Shown here: one piece after another, positions 1-12,533 of the stretch
Layout of the letters: each line of letters begins with the position of its first letter
How positions within the stretch are numbered: position 1 is the stretch's first letter
NCBI RefSeq assembly: GCF_006345805.1
Contig: NC_043001.1
Span: forward strand, 111,662,001 to 111,726,000
Reading direction: 5' to 3'
DNA from: Octopus sinensis
Taxonomy: Eukaryota
DNA length: 64,000 nucleotides
The notes under the pieces: model-generated
Databases searched by the model: none
What the model saw: only the letters and a program-made list of their open reading frames with translations
What the model was told of the DNA's origin: nothing
Translations under genes and position numbers: made by a program

Positions 1-637
1 CGACCGACATTATCCCACTCTCCAGTTTCCGTAACTCTGTTATTTTGGAATATATAGAGACATTGATTTTTTTACATTTACGAGAAAATGTTAGAGATTT
101 ATTGTGAAATCAAAAACAGATTATGAGACTCTTGTGCATTTTACTAAAGTATTAATGGCCTAAGGAAAGTGAAATGGCCTCAACACATACCGAATTTACA
201 GGCGTTGATGATGCTATTTCTTTTACAAAGTAAATCCCCAAAATTTACTGTACGTCCTTCAGGAGAAAGGTCACACTTTTTATGAGGTAATTGTAATCCC
301 CAACGGACGGTTATATTTGCTGAACTTAACATATTTCCGTGCTGTAAAATTAAAATAAAATGCAGGCTCTGACAGAATCATCGACTAATAAAATGCATTA
401 GAAAAATATGGGAAAGTTCCGAGTTTTGTTTTTATGTTTGTCTCTATTTTGAAATTTTGAAGTCAAATTGAAGTATCTTCAAGAATAGAATGGCCTCAAC
501 GTCTAAAAAATAATAATCAAAACTAAAGCTTGAACTTTGTGTTACAAATAGTTCAGGTTTTAGTTGTATATTTTAAGACGTTGTGACAATCAGAAAGATT
601 ATCTCAACAACCAACAATAGTAAAAGAAATAATTATA

Positions 638-667
638 TTGGGCTGTCCGGAAAGTTTGTGCCGATTA
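638..667 (+). mobile_element. Solo mariner-type terminal inverted repeat
   Basis: TA|ttgggctgtccggaaagtttgtgccgatt closely matches the TIRs of the mariner relic at 7928-8493; no partner TIR found. Confidence 0.6.
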
Positions 668-679
668 ATAGCAGCCGAT

Positions 680-1060
680 TTATGTACTCGTAGGATTACC
701 GGATCCTTCCCATATGTGACAGTAGCTGTCCGACATAACTTCACAAGTCAGCAATACCCGGACACTAAATGAGTGCGTGTAGAACGGTTTCCTCACGCCC
801 CGTAGATCTCAGACAAGCCCCTCTGACGGCACATCCGTGCCTGTGGAGTTTCTCTCGAACCGGTAGTATCACTCCGTAGCTCTGTCAGGTCAAAGACTCC
901 TGGAAATTTCTTTCCCATTGTAATCCCCGATCAGAAACTTCTCCGGAACAGACAAGTCATTTCTTTTACGTCGAGATTAAGAATCTTTCCGAGAACCTCG
1001 TCACTTTTTATATCCACTAATTCTCTTAGGATTGCTTGAATGGAATGTCCTTGATCCCAC
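680..1060 (-). mobile_element. Possible degenerate non-LTR retrotransposon ORF1-like fragment
   Basis: GC-richer island; minus strand gives frameshifted protein-like stretches (e.g. DQGHSIQAILRELVDIK, EVLGKILNLDVKEMTCLFRRS). Family not identifiable. Confidence 0.25.
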
Positions 1061-1244
1061 TGTTCGACTGGCAGAAAGCGATGAGCGCCTGACAACATTC
1101 TAGACTACAACCTAGAATGGCATTAGGTTCTAGGCTTTGTTTCACTTAGGATTGTAGTTGCGTCACAGAGACAAGCTGCAAAATGACGTGCCTCATGAAC
1201 AATGGATATAAGGTTTTGTACCAATTACAAATGAGACGATAGGA

Positions 1245-1477
1245 AGGCGGCGAGCTGGCAGAAACGTTAGCACGCCGGGCGAAATGCTTAGCAGTATTTC
1301 GTCTGCCGCTACGTTCTGAGTTCAAATTCCGCCGAGATCGACTTTGCCTTTCATCCTTTCGGAGTCGATTAAATAAGTACCAGTTACTCACTGGGGCCGA
1401 TATAATCGACTTAATCCGTTTGTCTGTCCTTGTTTGTCCCCTCTGTGTGTAGTCCCTTGTGGGCAGTAAAGAAATAA
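1245..1477 (+). mobile_element. SINE family B (tRNA-like head), tail type 1
   Basis: aggcggcgagctggcagaaacgttagc...gagttcaaattccgccgag (B-box-like)...cccttgtgggcagtaaagaaataa; many homologous copies in the window. Confidence 0.85.
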
Positions 1478-2164
1478 CAAATGGAACGATAAAAATATTT
1501 CTTAAATGCCATAATATTTCTAATTCATGTATTCACTTTCCAGCTCGTTTCTACACAACATTATATTGATAGATTATTCATCTGTCGATATTCATTACGG
1601 TGTTGGGTTTTTGCCATAGAAAAAAATATTAGTATCTGTTTTCATTGTTTCATTTTTCTGAAGTTATTTTTGACTAAAGAATTGGCTTTTGCAACAAAAA
1701 TCTGACCTGTTTTCTCTTTTAAGTTATAAATTTCTAGCCAGTTTTAGTTTTCAATCTCCGTTGAATTCTTCATTGTCCACCGATTAACTTTGATAAGGAT
1801 GAGTGAGTAGCCTTACTTTGTTGGTTATAAACAAGGATGTTGAGTAATGACCGAGATTGAATTGCTTCAGGAGAGAGGGTCGAACTGGGCGCGCTGCTTT
1901 CCAGTAAGAATGGCAACATTAGCATATTGTGTTGGCGTGGATAAATGGGACAGTAAGTTAGAAGTAAGAACTAATTGAAGACTCTTTGGTCTAAAATTAT
2001 GTGTGATGTAACCCGAATCACACTATTTATGTGTGCGTTCACTCGAACTGTAAGAAACAACAGCCAAATCTGCCTCAAACTTACTGAACCGTTTTAGAAA
2101 TGAAGGACACATTGGTTATTGTTGTCCGAGATAGTATCTGAAATAAGAATCAGAATAAATATCT

Positions 2165-2586
2165 TTATCTTTATTTTTTGTTTCGGTCATTAGACTGCGA
2201 CCAAGCTGGTGCACCGTCTTGAAGAATTTTGGTTGAATCAATCTATCTCAGCACTTTTTCTTTTAGCATAGTACTTATTCTATAGATCAATTTCGCCGAA
2301 CCGCTAAGTTACAGGGACGTAAATGCCCCAACACTGGTTGTCAAGCAGTGGTGGTGGTGGGGGGGGGGGGAGAAACACAGACACAAAGATACGCACACAC
2401 ATACATATATATTCAATGGTCTTCTTTCAGTTTCCGTCTACAAAATTCACCCACAAGTCTCTGGTCAGCTCGAGGCTGACCAAAATCTTGTGAAGACACT
2501 TGCCCAAGGTGCCACGCAATGGGACTGAACCTGGAACCATGTGGTTGGAAAACAAACTTCTTACTACACAGCCTTGCCTGTGCCTA
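2165..2586 (-). mobile_element. SINE family A, diverged copy
   Basis: Reverse complement of the bipartite SINE seen at 20969 and 40316. Confidence 0.8.
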
Positions 2587-3423
2587 AACATGGAAATTAA
2601 AATTTCTAAGGACTGAAGGCAGTAAAAGAATAATATAATAAAGTTATCTAATTTTCCTTTACATAAGTTTGAAGAGAAGACGTGATATATGTTTAATGCC
2701 CTTTATATAATTCCAACGCCCATGATTACGTTTAGGTTTGTCTTTGCTATTACGAAATAATTAAAAATAATATTAGAAACTGTTATAAGATGAGAATGTC
2801 TTGGCCAATGTTATGACATTTAACAGCTGTAACATCATCATTACAGCTATACAAAAAAAAAGAGAAAATACTTAGAAAAATAATAGATAAAAAACTATTA
2901 TAACATTAGCACGAAAACTAATAAGAAATTATAAGTAAACTGTTGTAATATTGTCAAGTAAAAGAGAAAAGTTTTGAAGTAGTCAATACTCAGAAATACG
3001 CTGTTGGCAGATATCTTGTATAGGCCTGCGATGTTTTTAATATAGCCATGAAAAAAGCTTGTTCTAATTCCGTTTTGCAACAAATAAATGAGTTTGTTAC
3101 TGATGGACATATGTTTCTTTAACATTACAAACATTAGTCCGATTCTCGTCAGGGAAATCCATCATCAGCTTTTTATGCGATGCTGTTATTTTGCTAGCAT
3201 GCTTCCAATTGCAAACAAAGCGAGAAACAACACGGAAAAGAACAAATTAAAAACGGGTCAAACGTCTTCTTGTGTCAAAATGAAAGAATGGAAACGTATA
3301 TTAAATTCTAGCATGGCTATTTTCCAAGGATAATTATATCAATATTTCCTGGGGAAACTATTTACAATGATGACAAGGAAGGATATTATAGATATTTTAC
3401 TTAAATGATTATGGTGCTCATAA

Positions 3424-3915
3424 ACATACGTACATACATGCATACATGCACACATACATACGTACATGCGTACATACATAGGTACATACATACATACATA
3501 CATACATGCACACATACATACATACATACATACATACATACATACATACATGCGTACATACATACATACGTACATACATACGTACATACTTACGTATATA
3601 CACACATACGTACATACATATACGCACTCATATATATATTCATTAAATATATATGTATGTATATATCTATCTATCTATCTATCTATCTATAAACACACAC
3701 ATACACATACACACACACACATATATATATATATGTATTTACTATGTATATATGTGTGAGTGGGTATTTGTGTATATTCATATATATGCAAGTACCAATG
3801 CCTCTACCTATCTAGCTATCTGTCTGTCTACATACATACACATTTACATTCCTCTATCTTTCTGACTATATATATATATAATACCCCCCCCCCCATATAT
3901 ATATATATATATACC
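3424..3915. repeat. Compound microsatellite (TACA)n/(TATC)n/(CA)n/(TA)n
   Basis: Directly visible; explains ORFs 3339-3865. Confidence 0.95.
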
Positions 3916-4146
3916 ATATAAAGACTGATATTTTCTTACTTAGTAGATAAACTAGAATTTGCTTATAGTCACTGCTCATGACTGATTTGTGGTCTGCAGT
4001 AAAGAAAGGACAAGTAATTCTTCAAAATATTAGTAATTATGAAGACTTAGAAATGATGAAATAAATATATCACGCCAGCAATAACGAAACTGTAGAAGTG
4101 TCACTGCTAAATATTGACAGTGAGGTTGATAATGATGATGATGTTG

Positions 4147-4560
4147 GTGATGTGGAGTGGCTGTGTAGTAAATAGCCTGCTTACCAACCACATGGTTCCG
4201 GGTTCAGTCCCACTGCGTGGCACTTTGGGTAAGTATTTGCTACTATAGCCTCGGGCCGACCAAAGCCTTGTGAGTGGATTTGGTAGACGGAAACTGAAAG
4301 AAGCCCGTCGTATATACATATATATATATATATATGTATGTGTGTGTATATGTTTGTGTGTCTGTTTGTCCCCCCTCAACATCGCTTAACAACCGATGGT
4401 GGTGTGTTTACGTCCCCGTAACTTAGCGGTTCGGCAAAAGAGACCGATAGAATAAGTACTAGGCTTACAAAGAGTAAGTCCTGGGGTTGATTTGCTCGAC
4501 CAATGGTGGTGCTCCAGCATGGCCGCAGGCAAATGACTGAAACAAGTAAAAAAAAAGAGA
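4147..4560 (+). mobile_element. SINE family A, full length
   Basis: gagtggctgtgt...ggttcagtccc head, internal (TA/TG)n tract, 3' half ending aaatgactgaaacaagtaaaa. Confidence 0.85.
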
Positions 4561-5678
4561 GTACCAGTCGAGAACAGGGGGCGACTTGCTCCTTCCTTGT
4601 CCCCACTTTTTAAAATTGCTGGCCTTGTGCCTATATTAGAATGATTTATACGTAGGAGGAGCTGTCTAGGTGTTGATGGATGCGACTACCAGAAAAGAAA
4701 GATAAAGGAAGAATTAAAAGTGAGGCAAAGTTGAACGGAAAGGGTGAATTGAAAGTCAGATGTGTAGGAATGAAAAACAACCATAAAGTTGTTAAAATTG
4801 TTTGTGTGCGTACAATTTTCACTTAATAGCAATCATAACAATGGTGACTCATGTCTGTTATTACATGGTAACTGAAGATTTGTGACTGGTCTGTTAGAGC
4901 ATGTGTGTATGTGTTTGTGTGTACGTCTGTGGTTGCATAAAAATAGGGTGAGATGTCTGTATTAAAACGATCGAGCGAATTTAATCAGGGGAACGTTAAA
5001 TTTATTATTTATTATTATTTCGATGTAAAGTTTAGGTGGGAGGAGATTATGTGAATTTTATTTAAAAAAATCAATTTATTCCACTCCTATATTTGTTGGT
5101 TATAAATTCTTAGGTATAGGTCATTAAATGCATTGAGTTACCATTTTTTGTCTTTTAGCTATGCGTAGGTCGATTATCACGTAGCAGATTCGTGAATTAG
5201 CAGTTAATAGCTCATTTAAATCTGACGTAAAATAGCATGTATAAATTGTAGGTTTAGATTTATGATTAAAATAGTGATAATCACTCGCCGAATTATAAAT
5301 ATGTCACAGAACGATTATTATCTGTTTCAGCCTACAGGAGAAATTATTAAGCTCTATGAAAGCATAAATGTAATGTATATATGCATTCTAGTGAATATGA
5401 TCAATTTTAGATTGAATATCGCTAAAGTTATAGACAGCAAATGAAACGGTGATTACTTACATAGCAGGTTCGAAAGTCTGTTAACTAGAAATATTAATAT
5501 TGTAACTATTGTTTTTAATGTAGGCCTGATATTTTGGAAGAAGGGGGTCTAGTGGATAATATGGATCAACTGGCACTTATTTCATAGACCCTGAAAGGAT
5601 GAAAAGCAAAGTCAGTCTCAGAGAAATTTAGACTTACAATGTAAAGCCGGATGGAAAGGTGCTAAGCAATTTGTTAAC

Positions 5679-6069
5679 AATTCTTTTCTACTCTAGCCAC
5701 AAGGCCCGAAATTTTTGAGGAGGGGGGCTAGTCGATTAGATCGACCCCAGTACGCAACTGGTACTTAATTTATCGACCCCGAAAGGATGAAAGGCAAAGT
5801 CGACCTCGGTGGAATTTGAACTCTGAACGTAGCGGCAGACGAAAAACCTATTTCTTCACTACCCACACAGAGAAAACAAAGAAGGACAGACAAAGGGATT
5901 AAGTCGATTATATCGACCCCATTGCGTAACTGGTACTTATTTAACCGACCCCGAAAGGATGAAAGGCAAAGTCGACCTCGGCGGAATTTGAACTCAAAAC
6001 GTAACGGCAGACGAAATACGGCTACGCATTTCGCCCGGCGTGCTAACGATTCTGTCAGCTCGCCGCCTT
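5679..6069 (-). mobile_element. Two joined SINE B units (tail 1 unit followed by 5'-truncated tail 2 unit)
   Basis: On the minus strand a complete head-body-tail1 unit (6069-5848) is followed by a body-tail2 unit (5847-5679). Confidence 0.8.
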
Positions 6070-6466
6070 TGAAAATAATTAATATTACACAGATGCGTAC
6101 TAGACTCTGACAGTCAACCCAGGCGGTGGTGAATTGGTGAATCGTTTGAACACCGAACAGAATACCGCATGGTATTTGTTCTAACTCTCTACACTCTGAG
6201 TTCCAATCCCACCATGGACTACTTGAGAACGAAACTTAGCTGACCGCCTAGTTTAACATCATGATCTGGCATTCGAGGTGTCTTTAGCTGAGTCAACTGT
6301 GTTGTAAGTATTTAGATCAGGTTTTTGGTTTGAAGATATTTTCTTCTCTCCCACCAATTTCGGAGGCCTCGTAACAGGTCACAGGCACTACCTTCTCTCC
6401 TGATTAAAGGAAAAACAAAATAGTAATGACAATAGTAACCAATACCCACGGGCGTTGAACTGCGAT

Positions 6467-6882
6467 GGGATCTTTTCGGTTTGAATGGCAGTTTTTAAAA
6501 ATAATTTCCACGTAACTAAACACTTTTAAACTTCGTATACTAGTAGAATGTGTTTATAAAACATCTTTTTCTCTTGGCTTTATTGAGAAAATTCTATAGT
6601 TTGTAAGATATTTGTTGTTTTTTTCTTCAATTTCTGCAATTTCAACCAATCAATGACCTCTATTGAGGTGAAAACATTCTATGCTGTATGAATATGTCCC
6701 TCGTTTAAGAAACAGATTGGGTTTATTTACATTTCTGAAGAAAAAAAAATACCATTTCCCCACCCCTAACCCTAACCCTAAAACAGATTGAAATGCAATA
6801 GATCGATACTAGGGTCATAATTATGGGTGACAATTTCATATGACACCGCTAGAAAATACTGCCGGTCAAACCGAAAAGATCC
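6467..6882. mobile_element. MITE with ~30-bp TIRs and 6-bp TSD (TGCGAT)
   Basis: Left TIR gggatcttttcggtttgaatggcagttttt; right TIR (rc) gggatcttttcggtttgaccggcagtattt; tgcgat at 6461-6466 and 6883-6888; internal ccctaaccctaacccta. Confidence 0.85.
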
Positions 6883-7144
6883 CTGCGATGACATAGACAT
6901 AACATAGTTAAATCTTTAATTACAACTTAGTGCTTTTCTAATTTGGCGCTGATCGCTTCGGTATCCGATGACGGTGATTGTTATCTGCATACGCCTAAAC
7001 CATCATCTTTCTTCCCAACTCGAGCTAGATACAATGTACATAATTAGGGGTCCAGTGTGAAAATGCACAGAGCCGTTTAGAAGAGGTGACAGTTAATGGA
7101 ACAAATGCGTGACAGCAACAAGTACTGTTTATTGTTGCTCTTCG

Positions 7145-7519
7145 TGGAGGCGCAATGGCCCAGTGGTTAGGGCAGCGGACTCACGGTCGTGGTATCGTGG
7201 CTTCGATTCCCAGACCGGGCTTTGTGAGTGTTTATTGAGCGAAAACACCTAAACCTCCATGAGGCTCCGGAAGGGAATGGTGGCGAAACCTGCTGTACTC
7301 TTTCACTACAACTTTCTCTTTTCTTCCTGTTTCTGTTGTACCTGTATTTCAAAGGGCCATCCTTGTCACATTCTGTGTCATACTGTATCTCCCCGAGAAC
7401 TACATTAAGGGTACACGTGTCTGTGGAGTGCTCAGTCACTTACACGTTAATTTCCTGATCAAGCTATTCCGTTGATCGGATCAACTGGAACCTTCGTCGT
7501 CGTAACCGACAGAATACCA
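7145..7519 (+). mobile_element. SINE family C, full length
   Basis: tggaggcgcaatggcccagtggttagggcagcgg (A-box)...ttcgattccc (B-box); homologous to 17091-17284 and 59062-59420. Confidence 0.85.
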
Positions 7520-7927
7520 CGTGTGTATTGTTGCTCTTATTTTAGTATTTGGATGATTCCGACTCTTCAAGTTCTAGGTTCAAATATCACCGAGGCTGAC
7601 TCTTTTGGGGTCGATATACGCGATTCTCTACCCCCTTCAAAATTGCTGGCCCTGTGCCAAAATGTGAAACTCTTGTAGTATTGGAAGATAGATCCTTTGA
7701 AATGGATTTTATCCCTGTATACCATCCATACTTTCTACAATACTCCAGATATCTCATAGTGTTGGACACAGGGATTTCTAAGTAGAGGATGGCTAAATAG
7801 CTTTGCAATGATAACTTCAAAAGTCATGTGTACCACAGATTAATTTTGTACTTCGTTGTTAAATCTGTCTCTTCTGCGAAATCAATCATCAAGGTTACGA
7901 AAACGTACATTTCCATATCTAGTACTA

Positions 7928-8493
7928 TTGAGTTGTCCGGAAAGTTCTTGCCGATTTTTAAAGGAAAGAAAAAGGTCAATAAATACTTGCCCTTACATTT
8001 TTAATCAACCAAATATGAACCATTTTGTTGCACAATGCGTCTCCATCTTTCCTTTAACTTGAAACAACTCTCTTCCCAGAATTGAGGTGGTTTCATGGCA
8101 AAGAATTCATCAAGGTATCTTTTTACATCATCCAAGGAATTGAATTTTTTTACCATTAAGACTATTCTGCAGAGACCTGAATAAGTGGAAATCTGAAGGA
8201 GCAATATCTGGTGAAAATGGAGGGTGGGGTAACACATTCCAGCCGACCTGCAGCAATTTTTGTCTGGTTCTCAAGGCATCAAGTGCCGAAAATGAACTTT
8301 CTTATCTTCCATTTTAAAGGGTTACAGAATTAACACAGGTTATAGGAACACAAACCTTCTTCATGAAGAGATAGCTTAAACTGTGCTCTAAATGGAGGTG
8401 TAGTCAAATCCTATTTTATGGACTCAACCATGTTCTAAAATAAGTCGAAATGTAAGCTACTATAACTCGGCACGAACTTTCCGGACAACCCAA
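7928..8493 (-). mobile_element. Internally deleted mariner transposon
   Basis: TIRs ttgagttgtccggaaagttc / gaactttccggacaacccaa flanked by TA. Minus strand encodes transposase C-terminus PHPPFSPDIAPSDFHLFRSLQNSLNG (frameshift in a 7-A run) KKFNSLDDVKRYLDEFFAMKPPQFWEE...ERWRRIVQQNGSYLVD. Confidence 0.95.
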
Positions 8494-8654
8494 TAGAATC
8501 GTCATGCTATTAAAGGCAAAATATCTTCCCTCTGTATAAAGCTGGGGTGTATTTTTCTGTCAATAAAACAATAATAGATGTACTTACTTGAACCACTGTA
8601 TTTAATGAGAATTTCCATGAAGTGAGAACCTTTTTCATATTCTTTATGAGTTAC

Positions 8655-8780
8655 CACATATCTTATCGCAATTAGTTTTCCTTGTCTTATACTTTTGAGT
8701 AGCAAAAGTACCCCCGTCGTGTACTTCTGAGGCTTTTCTTCTGTGGAACAGTTTTGGAGACTGTAATCCTTCCTTCACAA
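8655..8780 (-). other. Candidate 126-nt phase 1-1 coding exon, unknown protein
   Basis: Acceptor ttttactctatcttttcag, donor GTG|gtaact, open frame VKEGLQSPKLFHRRKASEVHDGGTFATQKYKTRKTNCDKIC; no homology recognised. Confidence 0.25.
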
Positions 8781-9100
8781 CTGAAAAGATAGAGTAAAAA
8801 CAACACGACTGACGTATTCATATTTTTGCTCTATTTTATTCAGCCATCATGGTGACTTAAAGCCTAATACTTCTTGAAACTTCACGCAAAACATATTTTT
8901 CATGTATTTTTCACATTTTTCTTTGCTGTTTGTATTATACACTGCATTCTCAAAAATTGAATTGCTATTGTTAGTTGAGCCAGAACTACATTCTTTACTA
9001 CATTTTTTCTTCGTTTAAAGGTGAGATTTGTGAAGATTTGGCTGCTATTTCTTGCATGTCATAGCTTATTGTATGAGAATAGTGTATTTTATTAGGCATG

Positions 9101-9256
9101 ACGTAGGAGTGGCTGTGTGTTAAGTAGCTTGCTTAGGAACCATATGGTTCCGGATTCAGTCCCACTGCGTGGTATCTTGGGCAAGTGTCTTCTACTATAT
9201 CCACGGGCAGACCGAAGCCTTGTGAGTGGATTTGGTAGAGGGAAACTGAAAGAAGC
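9101..9256 (+). mobile_element. SINE family A 5' half
   Basis: Matches head/body of family A; followed by degenerate SINE B pieces. Confidence 0.8.
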
Positions 9257-9382
9257 CAGTCGGAATTTGAACGAAAACACGGATGAAATGTCGCTAAGCA
9301 TTTTGTCTGATGGGATTCTGTCAGCTCAGCACCTTAATACTAATAATAATGGTTTCAAATTTGGCACAAGTCCAGCAATTTC

Positions 9383-9467
<85 letters not shown>

Positions 9468-9600
9468 TTGATCGATTATATCAAGGCCGAGGTCAAGACG
9501 ATTATATCAACCCCAGTGCTCACCCGGTGTTCATTTTATCACTCCTGAAGTGATGATAGTCGACCTCGGTGACATTTGAACTCTGAACATAAAGAAGGAC

Positions 9601-9675
9601 GAAGTACCGCTAAGCGAAGTACCGCTAAGCGAAATACCGTTAAGTGAAATACCGCTAAGCGAAATACCTCTAAGC
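9601..9675. repeat. 15-bp minisatellite (GAAATACCGCTAAGC)x5 inside a SINE B relic
   Basis: Five imperfect tandem units; unit equals a SINE B internal segment on the reverse strand. Confidence 0.85.
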
Positions 9676-10415
9676 GTGCTAAAGATTACCGCTTTAATGA
9701 TAATACCATTACTATAAAATTTTATATGATCGGAATGTCACGTATTTTAACACGTTAGTGTGGGGGCCGAATCGATTTAATCAACTCAGTATTTACGCTT
9801 TTACTTGTTTCAGCCATCCGGCTGAGGCCATGCTGGGGCACCGCCCTTGTTTAGTATTTCATTTTATCACCCCCGGCAATGTGAAGAGAAAAATCTGACC
9901 GCATCGGGATTTGACCTCAAAGAGCAAAAGACTTCGATTAAATACCGCAAGATTAGATTGTGCGCTACTTAAAAGTATTTGACAAAATGACAAAAAGAAA
10001 AAGGAAAAAAAAATTCAACTTGTTAAAGGTTTGGAATTGAATCGAATATTTAATACTCTGCAAGATTGTCACCTTACAAAATGTAAATTTTAAGAGGAAA
10101 TTTATCGGAAACAGAATCCAAGGGATATTTTAAAGAAATAAGGATTATATTTCCAAAGTCTTCCAGTTGCCAGCGTGAATAGAAACGGAAAAAAGCTATT
10201 AGCATCCTGAATTTCTACAGAAATCTGAAGATGCTAATGATATTTTAATTGGCCTAACTCATTACGGCACGCACACAGTGACACACACAAACACAGTGAC
10301 ACACATACACATACACACACAGTGACACGCTCACACACAGTGACATACAAACACGCACGCACGCACACACACACGCGCGCACACAATAATTACGAGTGTA
10401 TGAGCATGTGTATAA

Positions 10416-10794
10416 AGGCGGCGAGCTGGCAGAAACGTGACATTCTGAGTTCAAATTCCGCCGAGGTCGACTTTGCCTTTCATCCTTTCGGGGTCGATAA
10501 AGTACCAGTCATGCACTGGGGTCGATATAATCGACTTAATCCCTTTGTCTGTTCTTGTTTGTCCCCTCTATGGTTAGCCCCTTGTGGGCAATAAAGAAAT
10601 AAGAAACGTTAGCAGGTCGGGCAATATGCTTAGCGGTATTTCGTTTGTCTTTACGTTCTGAGTTCAAATTCCATCAAGGTCGGCTTTGCATTTTGGGGTC
10701 GATAAATTAAGTACCAGTTGCGTAATGGGGACGATCTAATCGACTGGCCCCCTCCACAAAAATGTCGGACCTTGTGCCTAAATTAGAAAAGAAT
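10416..10794 (+). mobile_element. Two joined SINE B units (tail 1 then tail 2)
   Basis: Tail 1 (gggcaataaagaaataa) is followed directly by gaaacgttagc..., a 5'-truncated unit ending in tail 2 (cttgtgcctaaattagaaaagaat). Confidence 0.8.
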
Positions 10795-10811
10795 ATATAA
10801 GTACATACAAA

Positions 10812-10920
10812 TGTGGTAAGTTACTTGCTTCCAAACAACATGGTTCCGGGTTCAGTCCCACTAAACCCGAAAGCATGTGATTCATAAGCAAGCTACTTAC
10901 CACACAGCCACTCCTACGCC
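10812..10920. mobile_element. Two SINE A head fragments in inverted orientation
   Basis: tgtggtaagttacttgctt...gggttcag, tccca loop, then ctaaacccg...aagcaagctacttaccaca. Confidence 0.75.
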
Positions 10921-11850
10921 TATATATTATGCTATTAAACATTGAAAGACCTTTCCTATATTCTATTAAACTTTGAGTAACAAAGGGATTACGAAAAAAA
11001 TAATGTTCTTCATCATACCAGGCTGGGGTTTTCGATAATTTTATCTTTTAATCCGTGGGCATTGTTACTGTAACGGGTGACACTGTCAAAGATTCTGTTA
11101 CTTATGCGTTATATTAAGATTTTAAACACTTCAAGACTTTCTTTTCTACGAACCTCGGCCATGATCAAATGTGACGGGCAAGAAACTAAGTATTATCAGA
11201 TTAGCATCTTAGATAATCAAATGGCTAAAATAGATGATACCCGTGTAATGTCTTTCTAAGCTCAACATGTGTCCAGTCGTACGTCTACAGGTAGAGAAGA
11301 CAACATCTCTGTAAAGACCAAATCTCGTAGAATTGAATCTCCTTTTTAAAACGTCTGATTAAAATGACGCTATGATACCACACGCACACACAGACATACA
11401 CACATGCACACACATACACATACAGACACTGATGAGGTCTCAAAAGATAGAAAGACATGCCGAAGATTATACACAGTCGCCACTGCATTCTACTTTTAAA
11501 TAACACTAACTACCTGCAATGCTGGGTTTGTGTCTAGCGTTTTTCTTGATTAGAGATGGCGATTAAAATAATGAGTTTTCGCATCCCTACGGTTTTAAAT
11601 TTAATTAATTTCAATTCCTTGGATCACTAAATTAAATATGTCAAAGCCTTCTTCACTATTTGTCCTTCATGCAACAGTTATTCTTGCAGAATCAATTTTC
11701 TTAAATGCAAATTATTTTATAAAATACCGAGAATACATAAAGCCCTCGTAGTTATTTTCATCAGACCAGATATTTTCGACCAAATTACTAACGGACTAAC
11801 ACGAATATTCACCCGTTGAAGCCTTTAAAAAAATTTATTTCTAAAACTCT

Positions 11851-12066
11851 CCTTTTCTACTCTAGGCACAAGGTTCGAAATTTTTGGGGAAGGGGCCAGT
11901 CGATTATATCGACCTCAGCACGCAACTGGTACTTAATTTATCGATCTTGAAAGGATGAAAGGTAAAGCCGACCTCGGCGGAATTTGAACTCAGAACGTAA
12001 AGACAGACGAAATACCGCGAAGCATTTCGCCTGGCGTGCCAACGCTTTTGCCAGCTCTCCACCATT
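11851..12066 (-). mobile_element. SINE family B, tail type 2
   Basis: Reverse-complement match to family B consensus seen elsewhere in the window. Confidence 0.8.
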
Positions 12067-12068
<2 letters not shown>

Positions 12069-12108
<40 letters not shown>

Positions 12109-12158
12109 TAATAATAATAATAATAATAATAATAATCACTACCATCATCATCATCATC

Positions 12159-12199
<41 letters not shown>

Positions 12200-12224
12200 C
12201 ACTACCATCATCATCATCATCATC

Positions 12225-12260
<36 letters not shown>

Positions 12261-12285
12261 TAATAATAATAATAATAATAAAACT
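12069..12285. repeat. (AAT)n/(CAT)n microsatellite
   Basis: Directly visible; explains poly-I/N/M ORFs. Confidence 0.95.
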
Positions 12286-12533
12286 AATAATATTGAGGTA
12301 TAATAATAACACTGTGTATAAACTCTATACCAATTTTAAAATGACCAATTTTAAATACTACTGGATTTTACTCATAAGCTATTGGAATCTTATATGTAAA
12401 CCATTCTGCTTTAAAAAAAAAGGGATCTACAAATACAATATCCGTACACATCTCAAATCTATTTTCTTTCCTCAACCTCACTCTATTTTGTATCTTATCT
12501 AAATTAACTATTTCTTAACCATCCTCTCACACC

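Noticed and set aside
3100-3175. Minus-strand CUGACGA...GAAACAUAUGUC hammerhead-like words
   Set aside because: Palindromic stem III is present but no stem II or stem I pairing can be formed.
6764-6781. (CCCTAA)n as a telomere or interstitial telomeric site
   Set aside because: Under three units and internal to a MITE.
7145-7220. tRNA genes at SINE heads (also 30200-30276, 59345-59420, 61790-61868)
   Set aside because: A/B boxes are present but there is no complete cloverleaf, and each continues into a repeat body.
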